Positions 49,818-60,843 of a stretch of DNA of 64,000 bases are shown here, one piece after another. How positions within the stretch are numbered: the stretch's first letter is position 1; each line of letters starts with the position of its first letter. Under the pieces are notes generated by a model that had not been told where the DNA came from, did no database searches, and saw only the letters and a program-made list of their open reading frames with translations. The translations under genes were made by a program, and so were the position numbers. The stretch comes from Camelus dromedarius. Its lineage: Eukaryota. Location: positions 8,372,001 to 8,436,000 of the forward strand of contig NC_087438.1 of NCBI RefSeq assembly GCF_036321535.1, read 5' to 3'.

Positions 49818-51224
49818 TATATCTAAAAGGGAATATAAGAGACCCCTATAGGGATTACATTTGCTGATTTTATGTATCTCCCCCTTCTCCCCTTCTCTCT
49901 GTTCCACAGTACCTTGAACACTGCTTTTCAAGCAGTAAACAGCCAATACTAATAGGAAATAGGTGCTTGCTAAATAGAAAAATGAACACATGTCTAGGAA
50001 ATTTTAAGTTGAATGGAAATTAAATACACAACAGGACTAAGAAGCTCTCAACGTGGCTTCTCTTCGTAAATAGGTAGAGTTGTCATCCAGAAACATTATA
50101 CACAGCAAGTCATTTTGAAAGATGTTACCGACAGAAGTGTGGCCTCAAGTGAACGTTCCTGGGTTGTGGAACAGTTCGAAGAAACCGCAGTGCGTTAGCT
50201 GAGGTTGAGAAAGTTGATACAAAATCACTAGCTTCAGGGACTACAGGGAGTAACCATCGTGTAAGGTCAGATCGGGAAGAGGCAGCCTGGAAGAAGAGGG
50301 CTCACACGAAGGAGGAAGTTGTTTTAAATAATATGTTATTAAAAATGATTCTGTCACATCCTGGTGCATCGCTTACTGTTCAGGACAAAGGCTAGCAACC
50401 GGCTTTAGAGGAAATTAACCCCTATTATAATCTATCCAAGCTATTGTTCACGGCAAGCGATGAGCGGAAAAGATGTTCTGTCCTGACGGCTCTGTGTCGT
50501 GTGCTGGTTTAGGGCTTCTCATGCCACGGGAGCTCGGGAGCAGAATTATGACCAGAGATGATTCTTAATGATTTAGGAACTAGAGAGAGAGGACCCATCA
50601 AGTCTCTTTCCTCTCTTCTAAGGAAAAGGAAAAATAACAGGCGACTCAGAGATGTTTTCCTGTTTATATCTTTAAGAATGCTTTCCCATCTCTGGAGAGT
50701 AAATGAAATATTTTTATTCCCTAAAAATGCGACAGACACGTTTACTTCATTCACAGAGAAGACTATGCAGGACTTACTTTTTCTTTGCTTGGGTGTGAGT
50801 TTGATGTTTTTCTGCACTATGTAGTCTTGTTATTTTAAAACGGATGCAGGCTTATTTACAATAAACAGAGGTTTATTTAGGCCATAAATACAGAAAAGTA
50901 AAATACTGCTATCCATAATCCCTTAATCTGCTCCCTTTCTTTTTCATTATAAATGTATACATATTTAACATACATATATTAATATTAAAATCGTTATCAT
51001 TATATATGTAGTCTTGCATAATTTTGAATATTTAATACATAATGAGCATTGTCCAGTGTCATTAAACAGTCTTCCAACTCATTTCACATTACCTGTAATG
51101 TCTGAATTATTTAAATATCTGCCACACTTATTATAAGTATTTGTACACTCTTTACAGATACCTATAATGCTGTAACATACTGAGCATGGATAGTGTGATT
51201 CTGCCCCTGCGTGTTAGTGTAAGC

Positions 51225-52220
51225 CAGGATCAACAACCTCCTTCTATAAAGCTGTAACCCAGCAGGACTCTAGAGGGCCTTCCTGGGACAGATCCTTCCC
51301 ACCATGCGCTCTGCCTGCCTCCTATTTGTGGAAAAGCCAGTCTCCCAGGCCTCCCCTGAGTCACAAAAAACTGGCTCAAGAATTAATGATTGAAAAGATG
51401 TGAACATGTAGTGACAAAAACAGCATCTGAGTCAAGAGAACTGGTAAGAATTTAAATAGTAAGTCAGCCATATGGCCATTTAGTTGCTCCCTGAAGTACC
51501 TGTATAATGGTATCTGATGCTCATTTCCTGAGTTGTTTTACAGATGCTAAAACCCCCACCCGATGGGAGAATTGTTAACTATTTGATGACCATGAGCAAG
51601 TAGCCCACAGATCTACTGGGGCCTGAGGAGAGACAACGTTAACCCCTGTGACCCCACCCTGTGACCTCACCATCAACCAGAGAACTGTGCACAAGTTGGT
51701 CACACACCCTGTGACTTCCCTCCCTCACTTTGCCTTTAAAAGTGCTTTCCTGAAACCCGCCGGGGAGTTTGGGTTTTCTGAGCACTAGCTGCCTGGGACT
51801 CCTTGTCTGGCACCTTACAATAAATGCTGCACTTTCCTTCACTGCAACCTGGTGTCAGTGGATTGGCTTTATTGCACGAGGGCAAGAGGAACCAAGTTTG
51901 GATCAGGTAACAAAGGTACAAACAGTGAATATTTTTGGATTTCTGGGTCACAAGGTATCTGTCCCAACTACTCACCTAAGTTACAGCAATCCAAAGCTGT
52001 GGTACCCAGTGCGCATAAACAAAGGCGTTCTGGTAAAACGTTACCTATAGATGCTAAAATCTGAATTTTTACATAATGTTCACATGTCACAGAATATTAT
52101 TTTTCTTTTGATTTTCTCCCAACTGTTTAAAAATATAAAAAATCATTCTTCACTCACAGGCCATAGAAAAACCGGCAGCAGGCTGGATTTGGCCCCTAGG
52201 CCACAGTCTGCAGGTGCCTA
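51225..52220 (+). mobile_element. MER58B-like hAT-Charlie element split by an LTR
   Basis: 5' 'caggatcaacaac..ttctataaag' resumes after the LTR as 'cagtgaatatttttggat...caactactca...ggctggatttggccc..ggccacagt'. Degenerate 8-bp TSD gtgtaagc/gattaagc. Confidence 0.82.
51253..51912 (+). mobile_element. ERV1-type solo LTR (660 bp)
   Basis: tgtaac...gtaaca termini, 4-bp TSD aagc/aagg, TATA-like tttaaaa at ~51735 and AATAAA at ~51819. Confidence 0.9.
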
Positions 52221-52544
52221 GATTAAGCCACATTGCACTTTTAGTCAGTTGCCCGAAGGAAATTTCAAGCTCCCAGGACTGGCCCACTCCCTTCCTAATC
52301 AGAAGCCCCTTCCTGCAGAAGGTGGCTACTTCCAGGGTGTTACCTATCTTTAATATCTGATCAATAGCAACTATTTTTAATAATTTGCATCAGAATGAGT
52401 TTCCATGGGCGAAACCGGTAGCTCGTTAGTGTAACAGATGTTAGAAATAAGCTCCCATTGTTGAAATCAGTGGTATTCAGTTCCAGCTTTTAACTGTTTT
52501 GGGGGGCATTTCAGCATGAGCTCCTGCAGATTTTTTTTTTTTTT

Positions 52545-53266
52545 AAAGAATGGTCCACGGTAGCTTTACTTGTAGTAGCCAGTAACTGCAAACAACAAAC
52601 CTCAAGAGGAGACAAGATAAATAAACAAATCCATATCATGCAGTGAAAAAGAACAAAGCGCTCACAGATGTGACACCCTGAAGAATCTCAAAAGATTGGA
52701 AGTGAAAGAAGCCGGATGCAAAAGGCTGATTGAATGACTCTATGCAGGTGAATTTGGGGAAGAGGCAAGATTAATCCAGGTTGATGGAAATCACAACAGT
52801 GGTCATCTGAGTTGGGGCAGGGGTGGGCATTGGCAAAAAAGAGTAAGAGGGCACTTTCCAGAGGGATGTAAATTCTCTACATCTTGACTGAGGTAGTGAT
52901 GATGAGACAGGATGGGGGCAGGGCACCGCCATTCAAGGAATGATACAGCAATTAACATCAAAATGGAGATTCAACCCCTAGTTGGCCTTGAGGCTCAAGG
53001 TGGTGGGAGATTTGACTTCTAGTAGACCTTGAGCTTCACTGTATGCCTATTGTAATACATTAGCATGGTGAATAACATGTCCACAGGCACCGTGGCAGTC
53101 CCAAGGCTAGCCGCAAAAGGTCACAGAGTGGGAAGTGGCCAACTTCCTAGGAATCCCAGCCCCAGGCTAGTTAGACTGGTCCTTCCACTAATTCTCATAT
53201 GAAGCCACTGAGTCCATAAAAACTGGGCAACACGGTGCCTGTTGGCCGCCTCTCTCTCTCTGCCTG

Positions 53267-53302
<36 letters not shown>

Positions 53303-53665
53303 TCGCCTCTCTCCCTTTGGAGACGGCCTACACTCTGTCTGTGGAGTGGGTACCTACTTTTACTCTAATCTGAGCACCCAACCCTCACAACTCATGGCCT
53401 TTCTCTTGCCTTTCAATGTATCTCTCTGAATAAATCTAACTTTACTCAACTGTGGCTCGCTCTTGAATTCTTTCCTGTGCGAAGCCAAGGACCCACACTT
53501 GGCGGGGCACGTCCCAGGGGCTCAGCCGAAGCCTGGGAAATGGCCCTTCTCATGCCCCACATCGGTTTTTCCTGCATCAGTAACAAGGGTGTAGACAACT
53601 GTCAAAAGGCACTGAAGCACTTAAGGATCTGTCCATTTTATTTTACGTTAAAAAAAAAAAAAAAG
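52545..53665 (+). mobile_element. Old L1M 3'UTR fragment, split by the MER41-like LTR
   Basis: 'aagtgaaagaagccggatgcaaaagg' and 'tctacatcttgactgaggtagtga|...|caagggtgtagacaactgtcaaaa..cacttaag', followed by poly(A). Confidence 0.7.
52900..53579 (+). mobile_element. MER41-like ERV1 solo LTR (680 bp)
   Basis: Perfect inverted termini tgatg...catca, TSD gtga/gtaa, and the MER41 hallmark 'ggctcgctcttgaattctttcctgtgcgaagccaaggaccc'. AATAAA at ~53429, internal (CT)/(CTCTGT) repeat. Confidence 0.88.
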
Positions 53666-54399
53666 AACAGCTCAGGTAATTTCCTTCTCCGATCCCCAAA
53701 GGCATTGCCTAGACCTCCAAAGAGGTCAGTTTCACCCCCAGTGACGTGGAATGGAGTGTCCAGACCAGAGGAACTGAAGGAGCTCCTGCATATTTTAAAG
53801 GAGGTCAGAGGAACTCTGAGAACCAGACAGGAATCATATACTAACCAGCATGAACTACTAGTATTCAACAACCGATAAGGCTGTGCCAACGCACAGCCCT
53901 GCCGAAAAGGACTCTCTGATCTCACAGACTAGGGGACGCCTCTTTTTGCGCCCCCGTGAGGATCAATGTCTGTCTTGCTAATGTCTGCAGGCTTGGCAGA
54001 ATTGGTTTTTGAGAACTGCTTCCACTTTTTGCTGTTAAAAAAACAAGTTGTGTCTGAGTAGTACGGTTTCACGTCATTTACAAAAGCGTGATCTAAACCC
54101 ACAGTTCTTCAATAAAATATTTGCTGAGGTTCCCCTATGTGCAGGAATGACTGGGGACACAGTGGGAGAAAAAGGCAGGTCTGGTCCCTGCCATGACATT
54201 GTTATTATAGAAGAGGGAATAACAAACAAGCAATTAAAATGTATTAAACATTCTTTTCTATGTTATAAGATAGTAACAGCGTACTAAAATAATCACTGTA
54301 GTCCCATAATTTCCATTATAATGGAAATCACAGGACAGATTTCTCTGTGCCAAGCATTGGCCTCAGTGTGACATATATCAACCCCATTATATATACCTT

Positions 54400-54971
54400 T
54401 TAGAGCAAGCAGATAGCTGAATATGAGCACGGACCAAATGGCAGGAAACTGTACATCATGTGAAAAATGGGGGTCCTTGGTCACACTAAGCAGGATTGAT
54501 AAGACATCCAGATTGATAAGACATCACACATTTGGGCTGACAAGTGTGCTGGAGGCTGACAAAGAAAGGTGGGAAAGGGCAGGAATCTCCAGTGTCCAAA
54601 TGTAACCTTTAGCTCATCACAATAAAATTAGCCTTGCAGATGAGAAGTACCCATCATGCACTGATGCCATGACGCTTCCGATCCAGACTAAATGAGGACA
54701 AATCTCCCTCCTTCCCTCGGGAAGGTGGAGCTAGGATGGAAATCAGGGAATACGACCCCAAACCCCTCCCTCTCCAATGAATATCCCACCCATTCATTTT
54801 TACACTCTGTGTGAACAACTTGCCAAAGAAACTCAGCGCCGCTGCTCACCTGCGCCTGCCCGCTCTCCCCTTGAGCGCGTACTATCTACCCTTAATAAAT
54901 CCTCACTTTGCTTTGTTGACGTCTGTGTCTGGTCTCTGAATTCTGAGACAAGAACCTACTCCCCGGCAACA
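54400..54971 (+). mobile_element. ERV1-type solo LTR inserted in a MIR
   Basis: 'cgccgctgctcacctgcgcctgcccgctctccccttgagcgcgtact...cttaataaatcctcactttg...ctctgaattct', ending ggcaaca. TSD cctt/tctt. MIR halves at ~54340-54399 and ~54972-55160. Confidence 0.8.
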
Positions 54972-55189
54972 TCTTCAAAACTTCCGTCTTATCAGGTAAG
55001 TTATCCCTGACATCATTATCCCCATCTTTCAGAAGAGGAAGCTGAAGGACACCTTCAAGACTTAAGGAATCTCTTGACGTAATAAAAATTTAAAATGGTG
55101 GTTATAGATTCTAACATGGGCTGCTGGAGGCCAAGTCTGTACTCTTCACCTCTGCACTTCCAGGTGTGGTGGGGCAGCTCTGAACTGTG

Positions 55190-55600
55190 GGGGAGCTGCT
55201 TACTGGGCCTTCAGGGGATAATTTAAACTGAAGTCTAAAGGATGGGAAGGAATCATCCATGAAAAGAGGCAAGCAATCCAAACAGCAGGTCTGACATCCT
55301 GAGTCTAGAAGAAGATTTCTCTGTTCCTGGAACAGAAAGGAAGCTGACAAGCCTGGAACACTGGAAGCCCTGGCTGGGAGCTTGGCTTTTTAAAGTCAAT
55401 GCAGGGTTGAAAGCAGGAGAGTCACAGACCAGATTTAACTTTAAAACTCACTCTGGTGGCTGTGCAGAAACTGGGTAATGGAGATTAGGGACAAGAATAT
55501 AAAAGGTAAGACAAGCTAGTGGTTGTTGAAGATCAGAAACACGAGTGGTTTAAATCAGGATAAATGCTGTAGAGAAAGAGAGACTGTCAGATCCCGTTTA
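55190..55600 (-). mobile_element. LINE-2 fragment
   Basis: 'tttaaactgaagtctaaaggatgg' and 'aagcaggagagtcacagaccagattt..aaaactcactctggtggctgtg'. Confidence 0.65.
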
Positions 55601-56089
55601 GGAAGCTGTTCAAAAGCTCCCAGTGACCCCCAGCCTAACTCTCTATGAAATTAACTTGATGCCGAGGATTAATCATCGTACCTCTTATATTAAAAGAATA
55701 CATTATTCTAAACTAAATTACACACTTCATTTTGTGTTGGGCTTGCATTTCCCTCTCCACGGAGCACTGGAAATAAGGGGCTGAATTTAAATAGGAAGAC
55801 ATTTTTCTTTCTCATCCAGCTGAATCCTACATAAATACATTTAAAACATTTCACAAGCTGACAAATGGACCTAGTTATCACAACAAAGTTTAAAGTAAGA
55901 ACAGTCAAATGCAACCCATTATGGAGATTATTTTTGGAAAATTAAAGTTTTAGTGAATTTATAAGTATAGTCTGTCATGTATTCTAAACTATAAATATGA
56001 CAATTATTCAAGCATAATTCACATCAATAGACATATTCCTATCTTTTACCTATTGCCACAATATTAGTAGGCTGTTATTAAAAGTAATT

Positions 56090-56615
56090 CAACTAGATTT
56101 ATTGTGGTGATCACTTTGAAGTGTACAGAAATACCAAGTCACTATGTTGTGCACCAGGAACTAACACAGTGTTGCAGGTCAATTATATTTCAACTATACT
56201 TCAAAAATAAACATACAAACTCATAGAAAAAGAGACCAGATTTATGACTGCCAAAGGCTGGGAGTAGAGAGAGGGGGAACTGGATGAAGGTAGTCAAAAG
56301 TCACAAATTTCCAGTTATAAGATAAATAAGGACTATGGATGTAATATACATTATAAACACAATAAGCATTGCTGTATGTTATACATAAAAGTTATTAGGA
56401 GGATAAATCCTAAGCATTCTCATCACAAGGAAATTTTTTTTCTATTTCTTTAATTTTGTATCTATAGGAGATGATGGATGTTCACTAACCGTACTGTGGT
56501 CATCATTTCATGATATATGTAAGTTTGAGTCATTATGCTGCAGCCCTTAAACTTACACAGCGCTGCACGTTAGTTACAGCTCAATAAAACTGAAAGAAAA
56601 AAATCACAAAATAAA
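56090..56615 (+). mobile_element. L1MB-type 3'UTR end
   Basis: 'tttccagttataagataaataag', 'ttctcatcacaagg' and 'gatgatggatgttcactaa...ccttaaacttacacagcgctg...ctcaataaaactgaaagaaaaaaa'. Confidence 0.85.
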
Positions 56616-56734
56616 ATTGGAAAAAGTGATTAAATATACTATAATTTATGCTTTCGTTAACTACATATATAATTTCATACAGATACATACACACATATAT
56701 AATTATATCTAGCTACCTATCTAATCATCCTTTT

Positions 56735-59700
56735 ATTTTTTATTTTTTAAGACTTTACGTTCAAAGAGCAGTTTTAGATTTACAACAAAATTGAGAGGAA
56801 GGGTCATAGATGTTTCCATATACCCCCTACCACTACACATCCTTCATTATCAAATCACTCACTAGAATAGTCCATTTTTCACCAAGGATGAACCTATGTT
56901 GACAAGCCACAATCACCCAAACTCCACAGTTCACATTACTACTCACCATTGGTGGTATCCATTCCATGCGTTTAGACAAAAGTGTAATGACATATTTTTA
57001 TCACTATAAAATCATTCAGAGTATTTTCACTACCCTAAAAACTCCCTGTGGTCTCCTTATTCTTCTCTCTCCAACCCTTGTCCCAAGCAACCACTGAGCT
57101 TTATATTTTCTCTATAGTTTTGCTTTTTCTAGGATGTCATATAGTTTGAATCATACAGGACAGCCTTTTCAGATTGGCTTCTTTCACTTGGAAATAGGCA
57201 TTTAAGGTTCCTCCTTGTCTTCTCATGGCTTGACAGCTAAATTCTTTTTAGTGCTGAATAATAATACTCCACTGTCTGGATGTACCACAGCTTATCTATC
57301 CACTCACCTGTGAAGGACAGTTTGGTGCATCCAGGTTTTGGCAATTATGAATAAAGGTACAATAAACATGCATGTTTAGCTTTTTTGTGTGGACTTAAGT
57401 TTTCAGCACTTCTGGGTAAATGCCAAGAAGTGCGACTGCTGGATTCTATGGTAAGAGTGTGTTCAGTTTTGTAAGAAATTATCAAAATGCCTTCCAAAGA
57501 AGCTGTCCCATTTTGTGACCCTGCTAGCAATGTATAAGAGGTCCTGTTGCTCCCCATCCTTGCCAGCATTTGGTGTCATCAGTGTCCCAGGCTTTGGCCA
57601 TTCCGATAGGTGTGTAGCAGTAGCTCACTGTCACTTTAATTGGCACAAATGACACATGTTGTGGGGCACCTTTTCATATGCTGTTCCCCATTTGTACATC
57701 TTCTTAGGTGAGGGGTCTGTTGTTTTTGGCCCATTTCTTAAATTGAACTATTTGGCTTCTTACTGTTGAGTTTGTCAGCGTTCTTTGAATATTTTGGAGA
57801 ACAATCCTTTACCAGACACATCTCTTGCAAATAGGTTCTTCCAGTCTGTAGCTTGTCTTTAAATTCTCTTGATAATGTTTATCGCAGAACAAAAGTTTTA
57901 AATTTTAATGAAGTCTAGCTTATCAATCCTTCTTTCATGGATCGTGTCTTTGGTGTTGTATCTAAAAAGCAAAGTTATCCTGGTTTTCTCCTATGTTATC
58001 TTGAGGAGTTTTATAATTGGCATTTTACATTTAGGTCTCTGAGCCATTTTGAGTAAATTTTTGTGAAGAGTGTAAGGTGTGTATCTTGATTCTTCTTTTT
58101 TTTTTTTTTTTTTTTTTTTTGCATGTGGGTATCTAGTTGTTCCAGCAGCATTTGCTGAAGAAACTATTTTTGCTTCATCGTGTTGCCTCTGCTACTCTTA
58201 AAGATCAGTTGACTATATCTATGAGGGTCTATTTCTGGGCTCTCTATTCTGATCCACTGATTTGTTTGTCTGTTCTTCCACTAATACGACACTGTCTTGA
58301 TTACAATAGCTTTATGGTAAGTCTTGAATTCAGATAGTGTCAGTCTTCCAACTTTGTTCTCCTGCAATATTGTGTTGGTTCTTCCGGTCTTTTGTCTCTC
58401 CTTATAAAGTGTAGAATCAGTTTGTCAATAACCACAAAATAACTTATTCCGGTTTAGACTGAGATTGAATCAAATCTACCTGTCAAGTTGGGAACAGCTG
58501 ACATCTTGACAATATTGAGTCTTCCCATCCATGAACAGGGACTACCTCTCCACTTATTTACTTCTTTGATTTTGCTCATCAGGTTTTGTGGTTTTCTTCA
58601 TCTAGATGATGCACACATTTTGTTAGACTTATACCTAAGTATTTTTTTCTGTCTGAGTGCTAATGGAAATGGTGCTGTGTTTTAAATTTCTAATTCCACT
58701 TTTTTGTTGTTACTATTCAGGAAAGCAGCTGACTCTTGTATGTGAACCTGTATCCTGAAACCTTACTATAATCACTTTTGAGTTCCAGGAGATTTTTTTG
58801 TGGATTCTTCCAGATTTTCTACATGAATGATCATGTCACTTGTGAACAAAGACATTTTTACCAATCTGTCTATCTTTTACTTTCTTTTCTTGCCTTATTG
58901 AATTAGCAAGGGCTTCGAGTACAATGTTCAAAAGGACTGGTGAGAGGAGGCATCCTTGTCTTGTATCTAATCTTAGTGGGGAAGCTTCAAGTTTCTCACT
59001 ATTAACTATGATGTAAGTTGTAGGGTTTTTGTGGATAGGCTTTATCAATTTGAGAAAGTTCTCTTCTATTCCTAAGTTATTGATAGTTTCTCATGAATGG
59101 GTGTTGGATTTTGCAAATGCTTTGTCTATATCTATTGATATAATTTTCCTTTTTCAGTCTGTTAATGTAATAGACTACATTAATTGATTTTCTAATGCTG
59201 AACCAGCTTGCATAACTGGGATGAATTCCACTTGGCCATGGTGTATAATCCTTTACATACTTTTATGGAATATCGCTAATATTTTGCTAAGTATTTTTAC
59301 ATCTGTTCGTGAGAGATAATGGTCTTTTCTGCCAAATTTGGCAGTTTTCTTTTCCTGTAATGTCTTTGTCTGCTTATGGTATTTGAATAATGCTGGCTTC
59401 ACAGAGTGAGTTAGAAAGTATTCTTTCTGCTTCTACCCTTTGAAAGAGATCAGAGATCATTACTACAATTTCTTCCTTAAATACTGGTAGAATTCACCAA
59501 TGAACCCATCTGGGTCTGGCACTTTCTGTTTTGAAAGGTTATTTATTATCAGTTCACTTCTTTAATAGACGTAAGCCTGTCTGGTTCTTCTTTATCTTCT
59601 TGTGAGATTTGGTACATTGAGTCTTTCAAGGAATTGGTCCATTTCATCCAGGTTATCAAGTTTGGGGGCACAGAGTTGTCCACAGTATTCTTTTATTATC

Positions 59701-60165
59701 ATTTTTACTTCTGTCGGATTTGTAGAGGTGTCCCCTCTTTCATTTCTGGTATTAGTAGTTTGTATCCTTTCTCTGTTTTTCTTAGTTATTCTGGCTAGAG
59801 GCATATTGGTTTTATTGAACTTTACAAAGAACCCCAGTTTTGGTTTCGTTGATTTTTTTCTACTGATTTCCTGTTTTTAATTTTATTGATTTTAGTTCTG
59901 ATTCTTATTATTTCCTTTATTTTGCTGACTTTGATCTAATTTGTTCCTTTTATAGTTTCCTTAGGTAGAAACTTAGATTACTGATTTTAGTTCTTTCTTC
60001 ATTTCTAATGTACGCATTCAATGCTATAAATTTCCCTCAAAGCACTACTTTTGCTGCATCTCATAAATTTTCGTAAGTTGGGTTTTCATTTTCATTTAGT
60101 TAAAAATACTTTAAAAATTTTGTTGAGATTTCTTCTTTGATCCATGTATCATTTAGAAGTGTGTA
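56735..60165 (-). mobile_element. L1MC-type LINE-1 fragment (~3.4 kb) with decayed ORF2
   Basis: 3' end 'agagcagttttagatttacaacaaaattgagagg'. Minus-strand ORF remnants KNPTTYIIVNSEKLEASPLRLDTRQGCLLSPVLLNIVLEALA (RT region) and KLDNLDEMDQFLE. Confidence 0.93.
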
Positions 60166-60279
60166 GTTATTATTTTAAAAAGAGAACAAACTTTAAAAAA
60201 CTGCCACTGATCATGTCAATACTTATCAATGAATATCTCTGAATAGGTTTGTCACACTCAATCATAATATCAAGAACCA

Positions 60280-60700
60280 GGATGATACTGTCAGGTTTGC
60301 ATTTCAGAAACATGGCTCTGTCACTGCATGGATAGGTTGGAATAAATCAGAGTAGAGGCCAAAGCCCATCAGGAAACAAAGTAGAAAGCAGGGTGCCACA
60401 AAAGCATGAACTATGTAGAGACAGGGATGGAGGGGAGCAGATATTAGAGGTAAGAGAGAAGAATGAGGGCTTGGTAATTAATTGGCTGTGTGCAAAGAAG
60501 GAAGGCACATGGCATGGCCCTGGGGCTTTTGCTAGAGAACAGGCAGGATGACTGAGTTATTTGAGGATTTAGATTGAGGATGACAAGAGAAGATTAGGTT
60601 GAGGGGAAAATGAGATTAGTTACAGGCCTGTCAATCTCAAGATGTCCCTGGGGCATGAGCAGTTGAACAAAATAGTCTAAATCACAGAAGGAAAGTACCT
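60280..60700 (-). mobile_element. LINE-2 fragment
   Basis: 'tcaggtttgcatttcagaaa..ctctgtc', 'gggatggaggggag' and 'cttggtaattaattggctgtg'. Confidence 0.6.
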
Positions 60701-60719
60701 GGCAAAACATTTGCAAATT

Positions 60720-60843
60720 GGAGGAGGGTATAGCTCAAGTGGTAGAGCACATGCTTAGCATGCATGAGGTCCTGGGTTCAAACTCCAGTCCCTCCTCTAA
60801 AAATAAACAAATAAACCTAATTACCTCCCCTGCCCCCCCCCCC
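60720..60843 (+). mobile_element. tRNA-Ala-derived camelid SINE
   Basis: ggaggagggtatagctcaagtggtagagcacatgcttagcatgcatgaggtcctgggttcaa, with an approximate TSD (tgcaaatt) on both sides. Confidence 0.92.

Noticed and set aside
51253..54971. Possible provirus bounded by two LTRs
   Set aside because: The LTRs are dissimilar, each has its own TSD, and there is no PBS/gag/pol sequence between them.
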